This document shows, one piece after another, positions 16,517-24,708 of a DNA stretch of 27,551 bases. The DNA is taken from positions 1 to 27,551 of IMG/VR virus record IMGVR_UViG_3300027892_002409. The stretch is one strand, 5' to 3'. The translations under genes and the position numbers were made by a program. The stretch is from a virus (lineage: Duplodnaviria; Caudoviricetes). Under the pieces are notes generated by a model. That model was given only the letters and a program-made list of their open reading frames with translations. It was not told the DNA's origin and did not search any database. Every line of letters starts with the position of its first letter. Within the stretch, counting starts at the first letter, position 1.

Positions 16517-17485
16517 ATGTATAAACATCTTAAATACGGATTGCCAATGATAAATGACGTTGTTCGCAATCGTTTTTATAAAAAGATTTTAAAAGATACA
16601 AAAAATAAAAACTGTTTAGAAATAGGATTTGGTTCTGGCATATTATCTATCCTTGCTCTCGAGGCAGGCGCCAATCATATTGTTGCTTACGAAGAAGATT
16701 TAGAAACTTATCAACTAGGACTTGAGATCATTCAAAACTTAGGCTTGCAGAATAAAATCGAACTTATAGGCGAACAGTTTAAACCAGACAATATACATAG
16801 GCACAAAAATATAGATTATATCTTTACCGAAACAATTAATCACACTCTTTTTGGTGAATCTACTCTTAAGGCTGTAAACGGGTCTCTTCCGGAAATTTTA
16901 GCAAACATTTATTTTTTAGAAGTTTATGCTGTTCCGATTAGTAATAATTATGCAAAAAGATTAATCAATAATGATAGCGAAGTTTGTAATCCTGGTTTAG
17001 AAATTAATCCTAAGTTTAGTGAAACAATAAACAAAATATTAAATAAATTAGAAACACAACCTGACTGTGGCCTTCATGGAATATCCATCAAAGATATACA
17101 TCAAGTGCTAACTGCCTGTGAAGTATCCAACATTTCACCTATAAACGTATATAATATCGATATAAACAAACCTGTTACACAACAAGGAATCGATTGGAAT
17201 ATTGAGTTATCGGCAGGATTAAATTACTTGTTTATATTTAGGACTGGAATTAAGCACAAAGAACATAAACTTTATACAGATGTTTGCGATAATTGGGGAC
17301 CTTTTGCACAATACGCATTAGTTATAAATGCAAACAACAGTTTTAGGATAGAACAAAATTTTACTGATGGAAATTTTATATTTTCATATAACGATCAAAA
17401 AATATATTTGATTAAAGAAGAACACAAACACAACTATAATATAGTTGAAACAGAAAAGATTAAGGTGATTAATTTTGTTCACTGA
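16517..17485 (+). CDS. PRMT-like SAM-dependent methyltransferase
   Basis: MINDVVRNRFY, LEIGFGSGILS (motif I), AGANHIVAYE and the double-E loop TETINHTLFGES. Confidence 0.8.
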   Translation: MYKHLKYGLPMINDVVRNRFYKKILKDTKNKNCLEIGFGSGILSILALEAGANHIVAYEEDLETYQLGLEIIQNLGLQNKIELIGEQFKPDNIHRHKNIDYIFTETINHTLFGESTLKAVNGSLPEILANIYFLEVYAVPISNNYAKRLINNDSEVCNPGLEINPKFSETINKILNKLETQPDCGLHGISIKDIHQVLTACEVSNISPINVYNIDINKPVTQQGIDWNIELSAGLNYLFIFRTGIKHKEHKLYTDVCDNWGPFAQYALVINANNSFRIEQNFTDGNFIFSYNDQKIYLIKEEHKHNYNIVETEKIKVINFVH

Positions 17486-18170
17486 TTTTGAATACTATTA
17501 CAATAATGTTCCGGGCAAAGGGCCATGTCGCAACAATTTAATTTATACAAGTTTGATTAGCAAAGACAAAACAGTATTTTGCCAACATTATCATAACGAT
17601 TCCGATTATCACAAAGGACAAAACCAAGTTATTGATCCTGCTCTGATGGATGAAAAATGGTTGAGAGAAGTGAACTACATTACACAAATGAGAAATGTGT
17701 TTCCAGATATGATACCACATATTACAAAGATAGATTTAGATTCTAAAAAAATCTACATGGAGATACAAGGTGTAGACTTTTGGCAACAGACATTAGACAA
17801 CAGTTGTACTTACGATGATATACTTCCTGATTGGCGTGAACAAATGCTCGACATATTTAAGGCACATAAAAGTTTAGGAATTTACAAATATAGCCTACAC
17901 CCTAGCAGTTATTTTGTAGTTGACAGCAAACTAAAAAGTATCAACTATTTTTTCTGCTACAAAGATATAGACCCGCCTATTAGTTTACGTAGTGTAATGA
18001 GTCACATCAGTGAAGATCGACAGGCAGACTTGTTTCCTAAAATGGCAGCTATGGGCATTGATGTAGATGCTCACACATCGTTTAAAGATATACAGTTACT
18101 GGCTTTTGAAAGTTTTAAAACTAACTTTCCTGCTGACTTTATGGAACAAGCAAAACATATCTATGAATAA
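17475..18170 (+). CDS. Hypothetical protein with degenerate protein-kinase-like motifs
   Basis: TTG start after AAGGTG SD; REV...IP....D...IYME..G; LGIYKYSLHPSSYFV....KSINYFF sits where HxDxxxxN/DFG would be. Confidence 0.5.
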   Translation: MFTDFEYYYNNVPGKGPCRNNLIYTSLISKDKTVFCQHYHNDSDYHKGQNQVIDPALMDEKWLREVNYITQMRNVFPDMIPHITKIDLDSKKIYMEIQGVDFWQQTLDNSCTYDDILPDWREQMLDIFKAHKSLGIYKYSLHPSSYFVVDSKLKSINYFFCYKDIDPPISLRSVMSHISEDRQADLFPKMAAMGIDVDAHTSFKDIQLLAFESFKTNFPADFMEQAKHIYE

Positions 18171-19323
18171 ATCTTACTGTGCTCTACCGTTTAGAGAAAC
18201 TATGATGGTGCCTGGCGATGTATTATTATTATGTTGCGCACATAATACAAATGTTATTATAAAAAACAGCTTTGATGAAACATTTAAATCTGGAAAAATA
18301 CAAGAGATAAGAGAACTAATGCTGTCCGGTAAACCAGTATCCGGCTGCGAACAATGCTATATAGCAGAATCTCAAGGAATTGAATCCTTGCGAGAACGCA
18401 GTATAAAAAAATATGGTGTTGTTACGGATATTAAATTACAGGCAGTAGAAATACAATTTGATAACGTATGTAACTTAAAATGTAGAATGTGTACTTCGGC
18501 TCAAAGTCATCTAATTTATAACGACGAAGTTGAAATATTTGGCAAAGCAATTAGTTGGAAGAAATTTATAGAAACAGATCGATATAAAGAAATAGATATT
18601 TCAGAATTAAAAGAAGTTAGGATACACGGGGGTGAACCGTTCCTTAGTCCAAGAGCAGAAGAATTTTTCTATAAAATTATACAAGAAAATCAAATTAAAC
18701 AACTGAGCATATCGACACCGACTAACGGAATGATTAAACCCACCGGAGCATTTTTGACAGCAATACAGCAGTGCAAAGTTTTATCTATCATAATTAGCAT
18801 CGATGCGTATGGAGATCTTAATGATTATTTTAGAAGTAAATCGAATTTTAACACAGTCATTGATAATTTAGATTTCTTTTATTCGTTAATTGATCAGAGA
18901 CCAGTTGGATCTACTACCGTTGGCGTTTCTACTACAGTCAACGTATATAATGTAAATAAATTACAAGAATTAGATTTATTTTTACAATCTCGGTATCCTT
19001 ACTTAAAAGTAGGTAAATCATTTTTACATAATCCAGACTACCTAAGGATTTCTTGTTTACCAAAAGATTATAAGAATAAAATTCGGCATACCGTCGTAGA
19101 GTATCCTAATGTTTTAAAAATGCTAGATAAAGAGGACACTGATTATTTTGAAGAATTTATCTTTTACCATCGCCAGTTGGATAGCATACGACAAGAATCA
19201 TTAGGTAATCTTAATTTAGAATTATCAGAGTTTATTGAAAATTATAAATTTAAAAAAGAAATAGCAACAGAACATATTATTAAATTTAGTAATTTTATAG
19301 ATCCCGGAGTATTTGATGACTAA
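18163..19323 (+). CDS. Radical SAM protein with N-terminal twitch/SPASM-like domain
   Basis: YCALPF..CC...CEQC N-terminal domain; CNLKCRMC; GGEP; TNG; SID. Confidence 0.9.
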   Translation: MNKSYCALPFRETMMVPGDVLLLCCAHNTNVIIKNSFDETFKSGKIQEIRELMLSGKPVSGCEQCYIAESQGIESLRERSIKKYGVVTDIKLQAVEIQFDNVCNLKCRMCTSAQSHLIYNDEVEIFGKAISWKKFIETDRYKEIDISELKEVRIHGGEPFLSPRAEEFFYKIIQENQIKQLSISTPTNGMIKPTGAFLTAIQQCKVLSIIISIDAYGDLNDYFRSKSNFNTVIDNLDFFYSLIDQRPVGSTTVGVSTTVNVYNVNKLQELDLFLQSRYPYLKVGKSFLHNPDYLRISCLPKDYKNKIRHTVVEYPNVLKMLDKEDTDYFEEFIFYHRQLDSIRQESLGNLNLELSEFIENYKFKKEIATEHIIKFSNFIDPGVFDD

Positions 19324-20290
19324 ACCTTATATTAAAATGTTTGATATTTACTATGGCACTAAATGCAATTTAGCCTGTAGGCATTGTGATACCAGAAGTG
19401 ATGTTATTAGGAAAACTGAAACAGATCCTCATATCGATACTATTCTAGAAGGGATTACATTAGCCAAAGAAAAGTTCGATATTGACTTGTATAGTTTTAT
19501 TGGTGGCGAACCTTTATACTATCTAGACAAGATTGAAATTATATTAGCACACATACGAAAAATAGATCCTACTGCAAAGATACAGGTTTCCACCAACGGT
19601 GCATTATTATCTAAAAACTTAGATGCCGTTGTGTCACTTATGACAACATACGAAACCAGCTTGTTTGTTTGTAATCACTTTGCGGCATTTGATGAAAAAA
19701 TGACTGATAAAATCACTGAAAGTGTAAATCAGTTAGTTGATCGATTACACTTAGGCAAGGGCGATGCAAATATATTTTTAAGCAAATTGTTAAGATTAGA
19801 CAACCCCAGGAACGATCCGTATCTCGATACATGGATTGAACAGCAGGGAGAATATTTTCTTGGCGAGCAACCGCTTGACAATTATTATCACAATGATAAG
19901 ATTTTTGTACACTTTAGACCACAGACAGATTTTAAAATGCATCATTATATGCAAAACGGAAAACCCAAACCTTTTATGACTGGGAACTCAGCACTGTCCT
20001 ATAAAGACGGTTGTAGTAGTCCAATGTGTAGTTTTATGATAGATAAAAAATTATACAAGTGTTCTGCACTAGGCACACTCGAACGCTTTTTAGAATATCA
20101 TGGCAGCTTGGAAGATCCCGATTGGCAAAAATATCGTAACTACAAATATTTAGATTTAGAAACGTGTACTGAAGAAGAAGCAATGCAATTTCATGCCACC
20201 AAGTATTGTTCTATATCAGAATGTGATATGTGCGGAACTAGTAGTTTTAACAGAACTCGAGAAGATGTAATTCATGTACGCCGTCGTTAA
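19316..20290 (+). CDS. Radical SAM protein
   Basis: CNLACRHC, GGEP and STNG; C-terminal Cys cluster (C..C, LYKC, CDMC). Confidence 0.9.
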   Translation: MTKPYIKMFDIYYGTKCNLACRHCDTRSDVIRKTETDPHIDTILEGITLAKEKFDIDLYSFIGGEPLYYLDKIEIILAHIRKIDPTAKIQVSTNGALLSKNLDAVVSLMTTYETSLFVCNHFAAFDEKMTDKITESVNQLVDRLHLGKGDANIFLSKLLRLDNPRNDPYLDTWIEQQGEYFLGEQPLDNYYHNDKIFVHFRPQTDFKMHHYMQNGKPKPFMTGNSALSYKDGCSSPMCSFMIDKKLYKCSALGTLERFLEYHGSLEDPDWQKYRNYKYLDLETCTEEEAMQFHATKYCSISECDMCGTSSFNRTREDVIHVRRR

Positions 20291-20825
20291 CTGGACCAAA
20301 GATTTAGATTTAACCGAGTTCTATGCTGAAGCAGAACAGCGCGGCTTTGTTAACAATGCTAGTCAGAAAGCAATGATAGACTGCTTTCGCAATGAGCCAA
20401 AGTGGGCGGCATGGATACTATATCAAGACCGCAAGGCTGTTGGCAGTGTAGCAGCACATAGTTTTGAACCAATGGGTCCTAATGCTTACCGTGTGCTAGC
20501 ACGTACTTGCACATTTGGCACTGCTAGACTCAATGGAGGATTAATCACTCCTAGAAAGTTAATTGCTGAACATCAGAACTTAACGGATCAGTTTTTGTTG
20601 CCTACTTGCATTGCGTGGGCAAGTGGAGAGCTGTATGCTACCAGCAATGAAAGCACTGTAGCTAGTCAACGTCTCGTACATAGACATTATTTTCCTACAC
20701 TAGCTAAACTTGGTATTGTGAAACGTGTATGCGAACTGAATTATCGTAACACAGATCAAACTGTCTGGCGCATATATCCAGACAAGTTCCTTGCTAACCT
20801 AGAACGCTATCCTAGATGGCTTTGA
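20274..20825 (+). CDS. Hypothetical protein, possibly GNAT fold
   Basis: WILYQDRKAVGSVAAH...YRVLARTC resembles GNAT beta strands; coupled to the upstream gene. Confidence 0.45.
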   Translation: MYAVVNWTKDLDLTEFYAEAEQRGFVNNASQKAMIDCFRNEPKWAAWILYQDRKAVGSVAAHSFEPMGPNAYRVLARTCTFGTARLNGGLITPRKLIAEHQNLTDQFLLPTCIAWASGELYATSNESTVASQRLVHRHYFPTLAKLGIVKRVCELNYRNTDQTVWRIYPDKFLANLERYPRWL

Positions 20826-21747
20826 TTGGAATATTCCTAAACTTCTTTTTAAAGTTCGGATCAAGGGTAAACGGTATGTTAGGTAAATGATTATCTTTCT
20901 GTTTGTCGAATGCACACAGTTTACATACTTCGATGGACTTCTTTAAATCTTCTTCTACAAACTTGCGCACACGTTCGTAGCCATCTAACGGATCACACGG
21001 GACGTATCGTTCTAAAACTTTCTGTGCTTCTTCTACATATTTTACTTGATGCTTTGCTTCAGGATAATTTGTTACAGCAGGGCAGTGATACATTATACCA
21101 TGCTGAATATTATACTCACTGTGCCATACGCATGCTTTAAAACTTTCTTCCTGATCACCGCCCATTACAAAATGCACAGTACCGTTCTCAACACGATCAT
21201 GATACGGTTTGTAAAAATGTATAAAGTGCTCGTATCTTAAAATGCGTTTGTTGTTAACGTAAAATGATGTTGATCGATTTTGTTTGTTTGGGATATATTC
21301 GTCTTCAACAACATGCATCTTATCAGACCACGGCTCAATCACGGCTAACACATCTTTCTTTAATTTTTGATATTCATCTTCGGACTTATAGTGACATGAT
21401 ACCCGCAAGTGAGCGTTACCATCACCCATGATGAGATGTGCTAGATCTTTACGTTTAATTATTTTAGAGCCGTTTGTTGGTACTTCGATATGTGCATTAG
21501 GCCATAGTCTTCTCAGGTTTAAAAACCATTCGTCTAAGTTTGGATGTAAGAACATTTCGCCGCCAGCAAATGCTATTTCGTCTGTGTCTAAATACTCTGC
21601 CCACTTTTCCCAACGATGCGCATTGTCCTTCCAGGCAAAATTGCCAGTAAAATCATAACAGGCAAGGCCGCCGCAATGGCTACATGTCATGTTACATAGG
21701 TTGTTTACTACTACAGACAAGTAAGTGTCTATTTTAATTTTATTCAT
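20812..21747 (-). CDS. Radical SAM protein
   Basis: CNMTCSHC, GGE and TNG; C-terminal C, MYHCP and CKLC. Confidence 0.9.
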   Translation of the reverse strand: MNKIKIDTYLSVVVNNLCNMTCSHCGGLACYDFTGNFAWKDNAHRWEKWAEYLDTDEIAFAGGEMFLHPNLDEWFLNLRRLWPNAHIEVPTNGSKIIKRKDLAHLIMGDGNAHLRVSCHYKSEDEYQKLKKDVLAVIEPWSDKMHVVEDEYIPNKQNRSTSFYVNNKRILRYEHFIHFYKPYHDRVENGTVHFVMGGDQEESFKACVWHSEYNIQHGIMYHCPAVTNYPEAKHQVKYVEEAQKVLERYVPCDPLDGYERVRKFVEEDLKKSIEVCKLCAFDKQKDNHLPNIPFTLDPNFKKKFRNIPIKAI

Positions 21748-22330
21748 ATTTTACTCTAGAGTCATCTAATGTAGGAAATGCAGTTTTAAGTTGATTGAAA
21801 ACAAAAGGTGTTAGTTTCCATACAAATTCCATTTGTCTAATTTTAGGATTAGCTGTCCAAAAATCAACGGCACTTAATATCTCGTCAAACTTAATAACGT
21901 AGTCGCTGGTAAATGCTGTTGGGTCATCGTTAGGTATTGGCTGTTCTATAAAACTTAAATCCAAGTGTAGTATATCAATGCCGTTAGGATCTATACTAAC
22001 GAGTCTACAAGCTTCTGCTAGCTCTTGTTTATCGTGTACATAGTCTGTATGTATAAGCTCTGGATATAGTCTGCTTACACTACCCATTACAATCATCTTT
22101 TTAACTTTGTTCTTTAATGCGTGGACCAGTCGAGTTTGTTGCTTGTCACGGTAAGCATTGTTGATAAACAAGTCGGCACCTGTCGCGGCTTCTACAACTC
22201 GATCAAAGTCTGCGGCTATATCATAACCGTTACTACGACTGAGCCCAACAACTTCCCACTCAGCAGATTTAAAACTGTCGTATAGGGCTTTACCTATTCC
22301 GTATGTGTGTCCGGTAATTACAACTTTCAT
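21740..22330 (-). CDS. Short-chain dehydrogenase/reductase
   Basis: ITGHTYGIG, FINNA, MGS and YVHDK (YxxxK). Confidence 0.85.
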   Translation of the reverse strand: MKVVITGHTYGIGKALYDSFKSAEWEVVGLSRSNGYDIAADFDRVVEAATGADLFINNAYRDKQQTRLVHALKNKVKKMIVMGSVSRLYPELIHTDYVHDKQELAEACRLVSIDPNGIDILHLDLSFIEQPIPNDDPTAFTSDYVIKFDEILSAVDFWTANPKIRQMEFVWKLTPFVFNQLKTAFPTLDDSRVKYE

Positions 22331-22770
22331 CTATTAGGTGCTCCAGTTGCTCTGAACGATATAACATTAACTAATGGGGTTGACAGCCAATATTCAATTG
22401 AGTCAATTACAACTTGTGAATCGTTGTAGGCAGTGCTGGATAGTTTTAATAACAGTATGTTAGGAAGATTAAGCTCTAACACACGTTCTTCTAATCTTGT
22501 TTTTTGCTGTGTATAGTCCGGCATTTCTACATCGGGAAAATCTGTAACTATACTGCCCATGACAACCATCTTGCCAACACTTGCGTACAGCTGATTAAGT
22601 ATGTCCATTTGTATACCATAGGTGTTATTGATAAACAAGTCACAACCAACTGCGGCACTTATGTCTGATTCTCTATTGAAGGCTGTCACATGACATCCTT
22701 TATTAACAAAGTGGTCGTATAGTGCTTGGCCGAGGCCGCGGGTAGTTCCTGTGATACCAACTTTAAGCAT
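22327..22770 (-). CDS. Minimal short-chain dehydrogenase/reductase (paralog of neighbour)
   Basis: ITGTTRGLG, FINN, MGS and YTQQK. Confidence 0.8.
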   Translation of the reverse strand: MLKVGITGTTRGLGQALYDHFVNKGCHVTAFNRESDISAAVGCDLFINNTYGIQMDILNQLYASVGKMVVMGSIVTDFPDVEMPDYTQQKTRLEERVLELNLPNILLLKLSSTAYNDSQVVIDSIEYWLSTPLVNVISFRATGAPNR

Positions 22771-23431
22771 AGGTAACTTTAAACTCCGGTGTTACAAGTT
22801 TCTCAAATTCTTCGAGCAGTTCGCGTTCTAGTTTAAATGACAAACTAAATGTTGTATGAGCAAAGTCTGCTAGTTTATGTTTTTGATTAGCACGATTTAA
22901 AAATGAACTAAATCGATTGTCAAACTTATATCTAAAATCTTGTTGTTCATACGCAGGCTCCATACTAATGCTAACTAAATCCACAGGCTGACGACTACGG
23001 CGCAATGGCTCGCGTACTACCAATTGTAGTCGTGGAATAGATCCATAATTAGTAGCCGCATGTATTCGACTGGCATCCATGTATGCCCAACGATTATCTC
23101 TAACACATTCGTACATGACTTTTTCGTCTAAGTCGATCAGGTATGCCTGCTCACCTGTTAAGTTTAAATGCCAGCGATTATCGATGTCAGCGTGAGCCAT
23201 ATAACTTTCGCCTGGCGCTAGATTGATAATACGTGCTTGTCCAATAGACATTGGCATAGTGTCTAATACTTGTTCCCAAATTGTATCTTTGTAAAATTCT
23301 TTGATCACCCACTTGTCGTAGAAAAAATCACCAGTTGGCTCATTAAGAACAATACTTTCTGTAATTGGATGCTCTTTGAGTGCTTGATCGATTAATCCTT
23401 CCGGACATACCCATATTTGTTTAGTAATCAT
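22763..23431 (-). CDS. AspH-like 2OG-Fe(II) oxygenase with C-terminal extension
   Basis: ARIINLAPG.SYMAHAD...WHLNL ... IHAATN....RLQLVV. Confidence 0.8.
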   Translation of the reverse strand: MITKQIWVCPEGLIDQALKEHPITESIVLNEPTGDFFYDKWVIKEFYKDTIWEQVLDTMPMSIGQARIINLAPGESYMAHADIDNRWHLNLTGEQAYLIDLDEKVMYECVRDNRWAYMDASRIHAATNYGSIPRLQLVVREPLRRSRQPVDLVSISMEPAYEQQDFRYKFDNRFSSFLNRANQKHKLADFAHTTFSLSFKLERELLEEFEKLVTPEFKVTYA

Positions 23432-23435
23432 GAAA

Positions 23436-23466
23436 TATTTATGTGCTATTATTACTAGCTTAAATA
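23436..23466. promoter_or_regulatory. Divergent late-promoter-like pair
   Basis: Minus-strand ATAAATA (23442-23436) 4 nt before ATG 23431; plus-strand TTAAATA (23460-23466) 4 nt before ATG 23471. Confidence 0.72.
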
Positions 23467-23470
23467 TATC

Positions 23471-24151
23471 ATGGATCTGTATTTAAATCATAACTGGAAG
23501 CGAATTGGCATTAGTATAAGCGGTGGTGCTGATAGTGCCTTATTGGCATATTTGATATGTTCAAACACGGATGCAGATATACACTTTACAAACCAAATTA
23601 GACTTTGGAAGACACGCCCGTGGCAGGAACATGTAGCTGATAATGTTATTGATTGGTTTAAAGGTCGTTTTAAGAATAATTTTTTTCTGCATAGAAATCT
23701 AATTCCATCAGAATTAGAATGGGCTGATAAAGGTCCAACTATTGTAGATGAATATGGAAAATTAAAAAGTGGCAATCAAATTATATTAAGATCTCACAAC
23801 GAGTATATTGCACACAAATATAAATTAGATGCCTTGTATGGCGGAATTAATAAAAATCCAGACATTGAGATTAAAGGAGCACTAGCTGACCGCAATGACG
23901 GACATATACCTCCTCATTTTATACACAATGGTATTGACATTTGCCATCCGTTTGTGTACACTAAAAAAGACTGGATAGTTAAACAATACTTTGAAAATAA
24001 TATCGAAGACTTGTTAAAGTTGACTCGCAGTTGTGAAGGCGAATTTAAAGGCATAGATTATACAACATACACACCTGGACAGTACGTTCCTATATGCGGA
24101 GAATGTTTTTGGTGCAAAGAGCGTGAGTGGGCTTTACAGTGCCAAGACTAA
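23471..24151 (+). CDS. QueC-like PP-loop ATPase (adenine nucleotide alpha-hydrolase)
   Basis: SISGGADS, PF...K and TRSC...CGECFWC.ER Zn motif; divergent, so QueC function is not assured. Confidence 0.75.
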   Translation: MDLYLNHNWKRIGISISGGADSALLAYLICSNTDADIHFTNQIRLWKTRPWQEHVADNVIDWFKGRFKNNFFLHRNLIPSELEWADKGPTIVDEYGKLKSGNQIILRSHNEYIAHKYKLDALYGGINKNPDIEIKGALADRNDGHIPPHFIHNGIDICHPFVYTKKDWIVKQYFENNIEDLLKLTRSCEGEFKGIDYTTYTPGQYVPICGECFWCKEREWALQCQD

Positions 24152-24708
24152 TTGCGTTTGGTTGTAGTTTTAGTTATGGCCAGTATCTGGATGACCCTGC
24201 TACACAGGCATGGCCTTCGGTGCTAGGTAAAATGTTAGATATTCCAGTAGTAAATAACGGCGAACCTGGTGCGAGTAATTTAGAAATCTTAACAAATATC
24301 TTGAAGTTTAAATTCAAACCACACGACTTAGTGGTTGTAGGATGGACGATTATATATCGAGATATAATTTATAATAGATGGAGTAAAAACACACGCATCG
24401 GTAGTTGGGTAGATCAAGAAAAGTTTGGTGTATGGGGTAGTCTTCATAACGATTATGATCTAGCTGTTCGAGCAGGCTTGCAAATTAATCATTCAAGTCT
24501 TTATCTCGAATCGTTGGGACTTACACAATATAATTTTTTTGCAGTAGACATGTTTAATAAGAAACCTATATGGATTAAGAAACCTGTTAACTGGATAAAC
24601 AAGAGCATTATTCCAGATAAAGACATTGCCAACGATGGTATGCACCCCGGAATTCTATCACACAATGCAGCAGCAAATAACTTATACAGTATAATACATG
24701 AAAGATAA
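24139..24708 (+). CDS. SGNH/GDSL hydrolase-fold protein
   Basis: FGCSFSYG, WP, NNGEPGASN and DGMHPG (DxxH); probable GTG start at 24139. Confidence 0.78.
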   Translation: MPRLIAFGCSFSYGQYLDDPATQAWPSVLGKMLDIPVVNNGEPGASNLEILTNILKFKFKPHDLVVVGWTIIYRDIIYNRWSKNTRIGSWVDQEKFGVWGSLHNDYDLAVRAGLQINHSSLYLESLGLTQYNFFAVDMFNKKPIWIKKPVNWINKSIIPDKDIANDGMHPGILSHNAAANNLYSIIHER

